The notes under the pieces were generated by a model. The model was given only the letters and a program-made list of their open reading frames with translations, was not told the origin of the DNA and did no database searches. A stretch of DNA of 63,999 nt, counting the filler, from Candidatus Woesearchaeota archaeon (GTDB taxonomy: Archaea > Nanobdellota > Nanobdellia > Woesearchaeales > B72-G16): the NCBI GenBank assembly GCA_003650545.1. It is 3 parts of 3 records of this genome, joined end to end, with 100 filler letters (N's around TTAATTAATTAA, not from the genome) between each part and the next. Parts side by side here need not be neighbours in the genome. Positions count along the whole stretch, not along the records: positions 1 to 30,854 come from QMQO01000015.1; 2 more parts are not named here. One strand, given 5' to 3'. Positions 10,502 to 20,523 of the stretch are shown piece after piece. Each line of letters opens with the position of its first letter. Position 1 is the stretch's first letter. A program made the translations under genes and the position numbers.

Positions 10502-11104
10502 CTAATTATTATTGCTATATCTCGCGTTTGTATATTCTATATCCTCGAATCTATTTTCGTGTGGGATGTGCATCAAAAGATGTATAGCTCCTGCATGCAT
10601 ATTTAAATCACTATACTGTTCAAGTTGAGTTTGACAATGTTTTATTCTAGTATATTCATCATCTTTATACATTGATAGATCAATATCACTGTATGCTGAA
10701 AGCTCATATTGATTTATAAAACTTCCAGCCTGCCACAAAATCTCTTTAAGATCAGAATAAAGTCTTTTACAAACAGCGCTATCACAATACTCATCTATCA
10801 TTCCAAGAGTCTTGTTGTTCGAATTTATAAGCCCATAAATATCATTTTTAATGGATTCAGCTTTGCATATTTTTTGTTCTAAAAATTCACAATACTGGTC
10901 TTTTTCTGTGTTAGCAATAGCAACATCGCCAAGCTTGAACCAGTTAGAAACAACTTTAGGTTTTTGTCCACCTGGATTCCGAATATAATTGTTCATTAAA
11001 TAATCAGCAGCATACCAACTAGCTATAGTTGATGTTGCAACCATTATTGCGGTTATTGCTGTATGTTTTAATTTTTCTAAAATCGCCATCAATACCCCAA
11101 ACAT
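10502..11104 (-). CDS. Membrane-anchored hypothetical protein, probable paralogue of 9324-10388
   Basis: N-terminal hydrophobic segment; CDSAVCKRL...Y-x-L-x-A motif. Confidence 0.7.
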   Translation of the reverse strand: MFGVLMAILEKLKHTAITAIMVATSTIASWYAADYLMNNYIRNPGGQKPKVVSNWFKLGDVAIANTEKDQYCEFLEQKICKAESIKNDIYGLINSNNKTLGMIDEYCDSAVCKRLYSDLKEILWQAGSFINQYELSAYSDIDLSMYKDDEYTRIKHCQTQLEQYSDLNMHAGAIHLLMHIPHENRFEDIEYTNARYSNNN

Positions 11105-11198
11105 TAGCTAACATTTGCTCTTTAACTTCTGTGTAGTAGTCACAATTTATAAGTTTTTCTATACAAACATATAATAATGCATTGTTTTTATTATTATC

Positions 11199-12176
11199 AT
11201 GATGAATTTTCAATCCATACCAAAAATTGAAGCAGCAGATAAATACATAGACATAGCCATAAAACGAGCAAACAAAAATGCTCAGGCCATCGCTAAAAAA
11301 GCAGCCAAAAAAACAAAAGATAAATTGAACAAAGTTAAAACAATTGAACTAGAACGTCTTAAAATAATAAAATCTTCATTAATAAATCAACTGGAAAGAA
11401 TATTGAAAAATTTCCCAAACTTAGACGAGTTACCTGATTTTTACAAAGAGTTGGTGAAAACAACCCTAGAGTACGGAAAACTTAAGAGATCTCTTGGAGC
11501 AATTAATTGGGCACGTAAGTCTGTCAAAGATCTTTCTAACAAATATCTAATTAAAATTAAGAGGACAATGCACATCGACAGCATTATTGGATACAGAAAA
11601 GAATATCTTGGCAGGGTTTGCTCGATTATCAAACAAGTGAAAAGAGATTTTTTTAATCTCGAAGATGCAAGAAGAATAATGAAAAATTATCCTTGTGTAA
11701 AAACAGACATGTTCACAGTTGCAATTGCAGGCTTTCCTAATGTTGGGAAGTCTACTTTGTTAGCCAAACTTAGTAAAGCAAAACCAAAGATAGCAAGTTA
11801 TGCTTTTACAACAAAAGGATTGAACATTGGTTATGGGGTATTCGAAATTTATAAGAAAGTCCAATTCATAGACACACCTGGAACATTAAACCGTTTTGAA
11901 AAAATGAATGCGATTGAACAGCAAGCTTATCTTGCAATAAAACATCTAGCGGATATGATTATTTATGTTTTTGATCTAACAGAGCCTTACCCTTTAGAGC
12001 AACAGATGAAATTATATAATAAATTAAGGAAATTAAAAACAACAATTGCTTACTTAAGTAAAACAGATGTTCTTGATAAGAAAGTCATGAGCGATTTTCT
12101 GAAAAAGGTAGAGTGTGCTAAAAATATAAAAATATTGAAGAAAGAGATCACTAAAAAATGGGTAGCCAAAGAATAA
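11199..12176 (+). CDS. NOG1-family GTP-binding protein
   Basis: NOG1 helical N-domain, [23 protein letters not shown]. Confidence 0.93.
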   Translation: MMNFQSIPKIEAADKYIDIAIKRANKNAQAIAKKAAKKTKDKLNKVKTIELERLKIIKSSLINQLERILKNFPNLDELPDFYKELVKTTLEYGKLKRSLGAINWARKSVKDLSNKYLIKIKRTMHIDSIIGYRKEYLGRVCSIIKQVKRDFFNLEDARRIMKNYPCVKTDMFTVAIAGFPNVGKSTLLAKLSKAKPKIASYAFTTKGLNIGYGVFEIYKKVQFIDTPGTLNRFEKMNAIEQQAYLAIKHLADMIIYVFDLTEPYPLEQQMKLYNKLRKLKTTIAYLSKTDVLDKKVMSDFLKKVECAKNIKILKKEITKKWVAKE

Positions 12177-12194
12177 GAGAATAAGCTAAAAAAA

Positions 12195-13175
12195 TTAAAG
12201 GATGCTTTTACCATTTTTAATGAACAACTCCATAATCAAAAAGAATGCGTAAAGCAGTACAAGAACAACACCTTCTTTCCATTTCAACTTCTTACCTTTT
12301 TCTACAAAAACAGCGAACAACAAACAGATTATAAGCATGAATATACCTGAACTCAGGAACAAAAAGAAGTCAGACGATATTGGATATATTAATGCAGTTA
12401 CACCTAACACCAGTGTTGAATTCATAATAACAGATCCGATCAGATTACTAATCGCCATTTCTGAATGGCCGGTTATAGCAGCTCTGCTGCTAAAAACAAG
12501 TTCAGGTAGAGAAGTGCCAATGGCTATTAAGAATAAACCAATAACTATTGGTTTTAGATTTAAGTCAAAAGATAACTCTGTTGCGAAATACACAATATAC
12601 TTTGAGCTGTAATATAAAATGATAAAACATAAAATAAATAACATACTATAAATAACAACCCATTTACGCCTCCTAAGTTCTCTTTCTTCTTTGTATTCTT
12701 TTCTAAATGCTCTACTTCTTCTCACAACTTTCACCATATAAATGCCAAACAGGGCTACCAGAATTGCTCCATCAATTCTTGATATTTGTTTTCCTAAAAG
12801 CATTAGTACCATCGGAACCAATGTAAGCAAAAACATCCATACACTGTCTTTTTCAGCCTTATCGGTTTCAACATTTATGCCTTTTCTCATCATTAGTATC
12901 ACTATACCTGCAACCACTGTTAGATTAGCTATGTTTGAGCCAATGACATTACCTAAAGAAAGGGCTGTATTCTTTGCAATACCTGAAGTTATGCCAACGA
13001 ATAACTCAGGAACGCTTGTTGCAACAGCCATCAGTATAAAGCCTATTGCAAACTCAGTTATTTTCAGATATTCTGCCAGCTTTGAGAGAATCTTAACGAG
13101 CCAACTGCCAGTATAAACTAGAAGAACTGCAAAAACAAGTAATAACACTAAATTAAACCAGACAGCCATTTTCAC
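12195..13175 (-). CDS. Na+/Ca2+ antiporter (CaCA family)
   Basis: Duplicated alpha repeats ATSVPE and GTSLPE, GNVIGSNIAN. Confidence 0.93.
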   Translation of the reverse strand: MKMAVWFNLVLLLVFAVLLVYTGSWLVKILSKLAEYLKITEFAIGFILMAVATSVPELFVGITSGIAKNTALSLGNVIGSNIANLTVVAGIVILMMRKGINVETDKAEKDSVWMFLLTLVPMVLMLLGKQISRIDGAILVALFGIYMVKVVRRSRAFRKEYKEERELRRRKWVVIYSMLFILCFIILYYSSKYIVYFATELSFDLNLKPIVIGLFLIAIGTSLPELVFSSRAAITGHSEMAISNLIGSVIMNSTLVLGVTALIYPISSDFFLFLSSGIFMLIICLLFAVFVEKGKKLKWKEGVVLVLLYAFFLIMELFIKNGKSIL

Positions 13176-13442
13176 CTCTTTGATTAAGTTATATGGCCTT
13201 AACAGCTTTACTGTGCTAAATTTATCTACTAGTAACCATTAATCCTCTGAAACCAAAGGGACTTAGTCTTCAAAAAGCAATTTTCCAGTGTGGTGTTATC
13301 ACTTTGACTTAATCCATTTGACTTAATTCTTTTGGTTATTTCTTTAAAAAATAGAAATATATTATATGGTATATAAATGTTTCAGTTATCTCTGTGGTGA
13401 CGATGAGAAGAATTTTAATTATAATAAAAAACCTAAAGAAAC

Positions 13443-15290
13443 CTAGTATCCCATTAAGACTTCTACATCTGCCCCAAAGATTTTCTTCAAACTTTCGAAC
13501 AATGGCTCTTTAATAAATGTCTTTGGTGGAATCTTTTTTTCTGCTATTTCTTTCTCCAACTCCTCAAAAGAGCTCTTTTCCAAAACACCTAAAGCACCCT
13601 TCTCATCTATTGGAGCTTTTTGCACTTCCTTCTCTGGCTTATCGATGTCTTTAATAACGAATGCAACATCATCCAACAACAAAATCTCACCAAAATGTTC
13701 ACCATGTTTAACTTTGATCTTTGCTCTCTCAAGTTCGCGTCCACGTTTTCTTTGTATATACTCTATCAAAATCTTCACTAGGCTTCTATTTTCTTTTTTT
13801 ACCTGCTCCACTTCTGTCTTTGTTAATTTACCCGCATCATAGTCTTTCTTGCTTTTAATAACTTTTTCAAGAAGCCTTAACTGATTTTGTGGAATCTTCC
13901 CTTTCTGTATAAGTTCTGTTTCGAATAATTTCAATATCTCGGAGTCCTTTGCTTGTGGGATTCCTTCCAGTTTTAGAACATCCCGCACAATTGACAAAGT
14001 AGTATCGTAGACATACACGATGTCCTCTTTCTCTTTCCTTTCCTGTATCTGCTCAAATAATTTCTTAATGCGCTGGAGATAATCTTTAGCATTAGCCAAA
14101 AGGTCATCTATTTCTTTCCCTGTTACAGTTTCTTTTTTTCCATATTCTAGCTCTTTTCTAAATTTATAATTATTTTCGAGAATTTTAACATATTTTGGTT
14201 CTAATAGTTTCTCTTTTTTAACAAAGATATCTTCAACTACCTTTGCCGCTTCCCCTGGTGCTGGAGGGGGCAACCCATAAAGCATTATTGCAGCTTGTGT
14301 TGGTGTCAAAATCGAAAGAAAAGTATCCTCCATGCCTATTTCCTTCAATTTGAAATCCACACGTTTTAACAGCTGCTCGCCAGAACCCATAAACATATCA
14401 ATTGCTTCTGGACTAGGTTTGATCTTACCCATATCTAAAAGCTGTTTCCATGCTACAAATATACCACGATCATAAAACGGAACACAATCTCTCAGTAACG
14501 TAAAAATAACTGGATGCGCTTCCTTTAAACTTTCCCAGAAATCAGTCAATATATAAACCTGAACATGCAACTTATTCCTGATGCCTGTGATTTCACCAGC
14601 TTCTATAGCCATTTGTATTATAATAGCTCTTAACTTGTCCTTTAGTTCTGCACGCGTCATCCGTTTAACATCAGTATCATCTACAATTATGTATACATCA
14701 ATATCAGACTCTGGCTTTGCCTTGCCTTTCATGATAGAGCCAGCTACAACATAAGCAACAATATACTTCTCAAACTTTTTCAGAACCATATTTTTGTGCA
14801 CTTCTGAGACCTTTATTGCTCCCAGAATTCCTGTGTCGTAGATCGGTGCAGACATTGCTATCATGTTAAGTATCTCGTACTTTGCATCAAAAGCACTTTG
14901 TATCATTTCCGTGTGAATTATTGTTTCAACACGTAGTTTTTCGTCCACCTCCTTAGCTATGTTATTTATGATTGCAGTTAATTTTTCTTTAAGCTCAAAT
15001 TTTGACATTTTTTTGCTATCAGAATCATCTACCAGCACAAGGACATTGATTTTATCTTCTGGTTTTTCTCCTTCTTTTGGTCTTACTGGAGGTAATAGCG
15101 CAATACCTGTAATGTATTTGTCAAACTTTCTCAACACTTTCTCTTGAAATGTGTTAAGCTTTTCTTTTATTTTCTTCAATTTTTCTTGAATTTCTTTTGG
15201 TAATCTTTTTTCTTGTTCAGAAAGAGCAGCATTCTTTTTTTCATTAGCCATAACCTTTTTAACTTTTCTAACCTTTTTGGATTTTGCCAT
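13443..15290 (-). CDS. Tandem minimal-nucleotidyltransferase domain protein with HEPN-like helical region
   Basis: GSIMKGKAKPESDIDVYIIVDD NTase motif; degenerate first copy DKINVLVLVDD; RKELEY in the helical region. Confidence 0.75.
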   Translation of the reverse strand: MAKSKKVRKVKKVMANEKKNAALSEQEKRLPKEIQEKLKKIKEKLNTFQEKVLRKFDKYITGIALLPPVRPKEGEKPEDKINVLVLVDDSDSKKMSKFELKEKLTAIINNIAKEVDEKLRVETIIHTEMIQSAFDAKYEILNMIAMSAPIYDTGILGAIKVSEVHKNMVLKKFEKYIVAYVVAGSIMKGKAKPESDIDVYIIVDDTDVKRMTRAELKDKLRAIIIQMAIEAGEITGIRNKLHVQVYILTDFWESLKEAHPVIFTLLRDCVPFYDRGIFVAWKQLLDMGKIKPSPEAIDMFMGSGEQLLKRVDFKLKEIGMEDTFLSILTPTQAAIMLYGLPPPAPGEAAKVVEDIFVKKEKLLEPKYVKILENNYKFRKELEYGKKETVTGKEIDDLLANAKDYLQRIKKLFEQIQERKEKEDIVYVYDTTLSIVRDVLKLEGIPQAKDSEILKLFETELIQKGKIPQNQLRLLEKVIKSKKDYDAGKLTKTEVEQVKKENRSLVKILIEYIQRKRGRELERAKIKVKHGEHFGEILLLDDVAFVIKDIDKPEKEVQKAPIDEKGALGVLEKSSFEELEKEIAEKKIPPKTFIKEPLFESLKKIFGADVEVLMGY

Positions 15291-15648
15291 ATTTAAGCCT
15301 CCTAACTATTAAATCATATATTCTGCTTAGCTCAATTATATTTATAAATATATATATTCGGGACTGTATATGTGTGCGACAAAAAAATCACTATATTAGA
15401 CTAAATAAAATAAGAAAAAAATAATCCAAATCAGATAAAATCTAAAAAACAACAAATATCTAAATCCCTAAAAACCTGGTTAAGTCTGGTTTGATAGGCT
15501 AAACTGCCCTGATTTTCAGTCGGTCAGTCACTAAAGATAACCATGAGCATCTAAATATTAGTATATTAGCATATTTAAGTTGATCAGCATCTAAAATCGA
15601 AAGATTTATATATGACTTGTATAATATTATTACTATTCAGAGGTTAAA

Positions 15649-16437
15649 ATGACTGATACGCCTGATTTCGAATACTGGAAATCAAAAAAAGCAATAGAAA
15701 ATACTTTAAAAAAACGTCAGAAAATCTATAACACAGATAGCATGATCCTCAGGATTCTCTGCTATCAAGCCCTTTTAAAAGGAATCGAAGATAAAGTTAT
15801 TGAATGGCAAAAAAAGGACAATCCAAAAGCTACCCCCAAATTCAGTGTTGATTATCTTGACAGTTTAAGTAAAGAGAAACAAGAAGAATTAGTTAATTTG
15901 ATTGAAAATATTTATAGCATAAAATCAGAGCCTGGTAGATCACTTAAAAAGCCTTATTTAAGAGCATGTGCGCAACTAGCAAATCCTCCAAAAAATCTTG
16001 ATCCACAATACAGAGATTTTAAAAAAGAAGTAAGTAAAGATGTTCAAAAATATTTTGAAAATCATTATATGATCGCAATAGACGATCTTAAGAAAGTTGT
16101 TGGCAGAGAAAATTTTGGAAAAAGATTAGTAGATATACTAGATGAAGCAGCAAGAAATCTTGACAAAAATCTACATAGCAAAGTTGTAACAATTGACCCA
16201 TTTCAAGAAGAACATGTTCAAGCTAGTCTGGAGTTATTTAAAGAAAAATATGGATTTAGCATAGAAAATGTCAAAAAGCCAGGCTACATGCAGATGTTTC
16301 AATATGTATTGCCAGAACTAATGCAGCTACATTATGCAGGATTATTAGAACCTGATCTTGGTAAGAAGCAAATTAAAGATTATATTGAGAATCCAAGTGA
16401 TATAAAACAACATCAGATAAACAAACAAAGATATTAA
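15649..16437 (+). CDS. Hypothetical protein
   Basis: 262-aa ORF; GAAAGATTTATATA promoter-like element and GAGGT SD upstream. Confidence 0.75.
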   Translation: MTDTPDFEYWKSKKAIENTLKKRQKIYNTDSMILRILCYQALLKGIEDKVIEWQKKDNPKATPKFSVDYLDSLSKEKQEELVNLIENIYSIKSEPGRSLKKPYLRACAQLANPPKNLDPQYRDFKKEVSKDVQKYFENHYMIAIDDLKKVVGRENFGKRLVDILDEAARNLDKNLHSKVVTIDPFQEEHVQASLELFKEKYGFSIENVKKPGYMQMFQYVLPELMQLHYAGLLEPDLGKKQIKDYIENPSDIKQHQINKQRY

Positions 16438-16506
16438 ACCAAAGATTTAAATATAAGTTATTACTACCAGAAAGTAACAAACAATTAATACATACGGGGT
16501 GAAAAA

Positions 16507-17016
16507 ATGCCATATCGAGATAGTCAATTAATCAAATTAAATATACCAGAACTTGACAAAACTCTAAAAAAATATGGAGACACTGAGCTTTTTATACAAA
16601 AGAAAACAGAAGGTGATGCCTACGAACTGATTGAAAAAAAGATTGGTTATGATAAGGACGGAAACCTTGATCTAGACAAATTAACCAAATTAACAGATAA
16701 AGATATTACAGAATTATTAAATGGCATAGATACTTTGCTTCAGATTGATGTTTTCAAAGATAATCCGAAAAATCCGATAGATAGATACGCAAAATATCAA
16801 AGAACCTTTGGAATCTACTCTGAAAACGTACTAGAAGCACTTTTAAAAAGAGACATTAGGACGGTTATGAATGCTTTCACAGCTGGCATAAATAACTATA
16901 CAAAAAGAGCAGATTCAATGCTAAAAAGTATTCAAGAAGGGATTCATAGTGACCCAAGGTATGCTGAAAAGATAAAAGCCCATAAAAAAGCAATGGTTGA
17001 GGAACTATCAAAATAA
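16507..17016 (+). CDS. Hypothetical protein
   Basis: 169-aa ORF; AAAGATTTAAATA element and GGGGTGA SD upstream. Confidence 0.75.
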   Translation: MPYRDSQLIKLNIPELDKTLKKYGDTELFIQKKTEGDAYELIEKKIGYDKDGNLDLDKLTKLTDKDITELLNGIDTLLQIDVFKDNPKNPIDRYAKYQRTFGIYSENVLEALLKRDIRTVMNAFTAGINNYTKRADSMLKSIQEGIHSDPRYAEKIKAHKKAMVEELSK

Positions 17017-17037
17017 ATTAACTAGAAATAATTTTTA

Positions 17038-17838
17038 TTAGATTTCTTTCTTTTTTTTCAATTCCTTATCTTTTTCTCTATCAGCTTTAACAGTTGCTTT
17101 TTCAGATTTTTTATATAATTGTTCTCTAGGCTTTCTTAGTTCTTTTTCAACCTCTTTTTCGATTGCTTCTTTTTTCTCTTTAGCTTTTTCAATCTCTGCA
17201 GCATCTTCTTTAATCTTCACTCCCTCAATAATATGCTCACTCTTTGGCTTATCTTCAGTTTTAATTCTTTCCTCTTTCTCTTTTTCAACCCCTTCCTCAG
17301 CCTTAACTTTTTCCTCTTTCTTTTTTTCAACCTCTTCCTCAGTCTTAACTTTTTTCTCTTTCTCTTTTTCAATCTCTTCCTCAGTCTTAATTTTTTCCTC
17401 TTTCTCTTTTTCAACCTCTTCCTCAGCTTTAACTTTTTCCTCTTTCTCTTTTTTAATCTCTTCCTCAGCCTTAACTTTTTCCTCTTTAGGAGCTTTCTTC
17501 ATCCTAGCTAAGATTCCTTTTTTCTTTGGTTCTTCTTTCTTTGCCTCTATAGAAAAACCAATAAGTTCTGCTTTCACAACACCGTTAGAATCTTTCTGTG
17601 CATTAAGCTTTACATGATGTGGCGGGTTTCTCATGCCACGAGCCCAAACTTTTTCATTTAGGTATTTACCGATTCTAATATTAGACTCATCTGTTTTCAT
17701 ATGCTTAGCAAGGAATCGTCTTAATGCATTTATAGCTTTCTTTGCACGTTTATATTTTGGTGCTTTAAGCCATTCTTTACGTAAAGGAACATTATATGTT
17801 CGTTCAAGAACAACCTTAACAGCTTCTTTTTTACCCAT
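17038..17838 (-). CDS. rpl31e: 50S ribosomal protein L31e with long repetitive Lys/Glu tail
   Basis: ERTYNVPLR, KRAKKAI, RHMK-like motif, LNEKVWARG..NPP; ATG at 17838. Confidence 0.96.
   Translation of the reverse strand: MGKKEAVKVVLERTYNVPLRKEWLKAPKYKRAKKAINALRRFLAKHMKTDESNIRIGKYLNEKVWARGMRNPPHHVKLNAQKDSNGVVKAELIGFSIEAKKEEPKKKGILARMKKAPKEEKVKAEEEIKKEKEEKVKAEEEVEKEKEEKIKTEEEIEKEKEKKVKTEEEVEKKKEEKVKAEEGVEKEKEERIKTEDKPKSEHIIEGVKIKEDAAEIEKAKEKKEAIEKEVEKELRKPREQLYKKSEKATVKADREKDKELKKKKEI
17251..17487 (-). repeat. 42-bp coding tandem repeat (KEEKVKAEEEVEKE-like, about 5.6 copies)
   Basis: 14-aa unit visible in the L31e tail and in the DNA. Confidence 0.9.
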
Positions 17839-17840
17839 TT

Positions 17841-18014
17841 TCAAGCTTTTGTCTTAGTTCTACGCCAATTCCTCTTTATAGCAGTGTGTCTGCCAGGATG
17901 AATTCTTCTTCCAGGACCATAGATCTTTGGTACAGTCCAGAAAGGAGCCCACTTTCTTTGCCTACCCTTCTTAGCTAATCTTAATTTTCTTGAAATATGA
18001 ATAAACCTTGCCAT
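17841..18014 (-). CDS. rpl39e: 50S ribosomal protein L39e (absent from the ORF track)
   Basis: Manual translation MARFIHISRKLRLAKKGRQRKWAPFWTVPKIYGPGRRIHPGRHTAIKRNWRRTKTKA; lies between S19e and L31e as expected. Confidence 0.92.
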   Translation of the reverse strand: MARFIHISRKLRLAKKGRQRKWAPFWTVPKIYGPGRRIHPGRHTAIKRNWRRTKTKA

Positions 18015-18076
18015 TGTTTTATCCTCTATTTATTCCTACTTATTATTTTCCTATTTTATCTTTATTTGTTCAGATT

Positions 18077-18691
18077 TTATCTCTCGCCTTTGGTTTTATC
18101 TTCTTTAATTTTAATATTTAATTCTTTTACTTCTTTTTCATTGGATTGCTTTTCCATCTTAGCTTCTAGTTTATTTTTTTCTTTCTTTTTGATTATTTTT
18201 TTCTTTTCGATCTCTTCTTTTATTCCTTTTTTTTCAATACTTTCTTTTGTTTTAATACTAGGTTTTCTTCTTTTGGCTAGCTCGGTTGCTAATTTATCTA
18301 AAAAAGACATCCCCTTTGGAGATACTACTCTTCCTTTTTTCTTTGATTTTGACGCTTCCAACAAACCAGATTTCTCAAGCTGTTGCATAACCTTTCTTAT
18401 TATATTTCCGCTTGCTTTATAAAAGCGTTCTGGCTTATTGCCGCGATTCTTTTTACCTCCATACAATGTGCGAAGCTTGCTAACACCTATAGGCCCCTTT
18501 CTTGCAACTTTGATAAGGATAGATGCAGATCTAAAATACCACCAGTCTGGATCAACAGGTGGCTTTTCTTTGAAATGTCCTGTTTTAACATATTTGGCCC
18601 ACTCTTCTGGCTGCACCAGACTGGCCTTTTTAAGCTCTTCAGCCGTTCTAGCTACCAATTCTTGAATGTCAACTTCATATATACTTGCCAT
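18077..18691 (-). CDS. rps19e: 30S ribosomal protein S19e with Lys/Glu tail
   Basis: EWAKYVKTG, WWYFRSASI, GPIGVSKLRTLYGG, SGNIIRKVMQQLE. Confidence 0.97.
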   Translation of the reverse strand: MASIYEVDIQELVARTAEELKKASLVQPEEWAKYVKTGHFKEKPPVDPDWWYFRSASILIKVARKGPIGVSKLRTLYGGKKNRGNKPERFYKASGNIIRKVMQQLEKSGLLEASKSKKKGRVVSPKGMSFLDKLATELAKRRKPSIKTKESIEKKGIKEEIEKKKIIKKKEKNKLEAKMEKQSNEKEVKELNIKIKEDKTKGER

Positions 18692-19060
18692 ATTACTCCT
18701 GCGAAAAATAGAACTGTATATAAAGGTTTTGTACTGTGCACCTGTGACTCTATGCTTAGTTCATATCTTAGTCATATACTGAACTGATCAATTTTAAACT
18801 AGATTTAAGAATTTAAGTAGCTCCAAGTGCCAAGTTAACTGGCCCTATTTTAAAATTAATAAACAAATAAAATTAATAAACAAAATATATTTAACAACAT
18901 TTATGATAATATTTAACAATACACTTGCATGATTTAATATAAACCATACATTAATATTAGTCATGTCATATTATCATGTCATTATGTCATATCAGTCATA
19001 TTAGTGTAACTAAAAGTTTATAAGACAGATTATAAGATTATATATTAGAAATAAAGACAA

Positions 19061-20314
19061 CTACAACAAGGTTATCTTAACGTTCTCTTCTTTGCCTGTC
19101 TTCATGTCTTTGATCTTAACCTCTCCTTTTTTGAGTTCATCTTCGCCAAGAACAATAACCTTCTTGGCTTTGATTGCATTAGCATATTGCATTTGCTTTG
19201 CTAACTTGCGTTGCATCACATCTGTCTCAACTCTAAGGCCTTTTTTCCTTAATTTTTCAGCAATCTCAACAGCTTTGTCTGTTATCTTTTTGTCAACGGG
19301 TGCGATGTAATAGTCTGGGGCTAGTTCTATTTTAGGTAATAGATTTTTCTGTTTCAACAACATGAAAAGAGTACTGTAACCAAGGCCAAATCCGATTGCA
19401 GGTTCACTCTGGCCACCAAGCAACTTTACAAGATCGTTATAACGTCCACCGCCTAATATAGATCTTAATTTTCCTTGTTTGTCAAAGCATTCAAACACTG
19501 TTCCTGTATAATATGCCAAACCGCGAACAACACCAGGGTTAAATTCTAAAAATTCTTTTTTATTTTTCAGTATGTCAAATATCTTTCTTAGCCTGTTAAG
19601 GCCATCTGTACCAAGAACAGAATTTTTATATTTTGCGATCTCATCTAGTTCTCTTATCTTTATTATTCTTAACAATTCCTTTATCTGTTTATCATCTAGC
19701 TTCATATCTTTAAGCAGCTCTATAAACTCATTTTCTTCAATCTTACCGATCTTATCGATAGCTGTAAACACATCTATAACATTTTGTATACCAAGATTTT
19801 CAAGCAAACCATGCATAAGATAGCGATCATTTACTTTTATCACAACATCTTCCGGAGTCAACCCTAACTCTTTCAGGATCTCTATAGCAACATCAATCAT
19901 TTCTGCATCTGCTTCTGGCTTGTCACTCCCAAAAAGTTCGATGCTCAGTTGATAAAACTCTCTTAACCTACCTGCTTGTGGCTTTTCATAACGCCACATT
20001 CTACTCAAACCATACCATCTTACTGGCTTTGGCAAAGATTTTTGCTTTTCAATAAACATTCTTACAATTGGAACTGTCAGGTCAAACCTCAAGCCAAATT
20101 CTTCCTTGCCTCGCTTTTCTAGAACAAATATCTGTTCTTTAATCTCTTCTCCGGATTTTTTTGCTAAGAGCTCAAATGTTTCAAATGCAGGACTCTCAAC
20201 TTCTTTATAATTATACCTACTGCAAACTTTTCTTATTTTCTCGAATATTAAATTCTGGAGTGCTCTGTCTTCAGGAAAAAAATCTTCAGTCCCACGTGGT
20301 TTTTGGAATGCCAT
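19061..20314 (-). CDS. hisS: Histidine--tRNA ligase
   Basis: PRGTEDF, LRFDLT, WRYEKPQAGRLREFYQ, VRGLAYYTG, GGGRY. Confidence 0.97.
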   Translation of the reverse strand: MAFQKPRGTEDFFPEDRALQNLIFEKIRKVCSRYNYKEVESPAFETFELLAKKSGEEIKEQIFVLEKRGKEEFGLRFDLTVPIVRMFIEKQKSLPKPVRWYGLSRMWRYEKPQAGRLREFYQLSIELFGSDKPEADAEMIDVAIEILKELGLTPEDVVIKVNDRYLMHGLLENLGIQNVIDVFTAIDKIGKIEENEFIELLKDMKLDDKQIKELLRIIKIRELDEIAKYKNSVLGTDGLNRLRKIFDILKNKKEFLEFNPGVVRGLAYYTGTVFECFDKQGKLRSILGGGRYNDLVKLLGGQSEPAIGFGLGYSTLFMLLKQKNLLPKIELAPDYYIAPVDKKITDKAVEIAEKLRKKGLRVETDVMQRKLAKQMQYANAIKAKKVIVLGEDELKKGEVKIKDMKTGKEENVKITLL

Positions 20315-20523
20315 TATGACATCTTATTTGCTTTTCTTTATATAATTTTTGTTAGCTCTGACTTTGTTGGATATAATCCCAAAAAAATCTTATAATTCCT
20401 TGATTTGCTTAACACACTAGTCATACAAGTGATTGCTTAGCGGCAGCAGCATTAGTTAATTTTGCATTGATTATTTAAATTCTTTCAGGATTATTGCCAA
20501 GACATTAGAAACTAATCTTACTT

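Noticed and set aside
13280..13300. ORB-like TTCCAGTG
   Set aside because: Single partial match without the GAAAC and G-string, and no cdc6 nearby
17217..18422. Arg/Lys-rich and Phe/Leu-rich alternative ORFs (17217-17414, 17233-17511, 17997-18422)
   Set aside because: Shifted-frame or antisense shadows of the repetitive L31e and S19e tails
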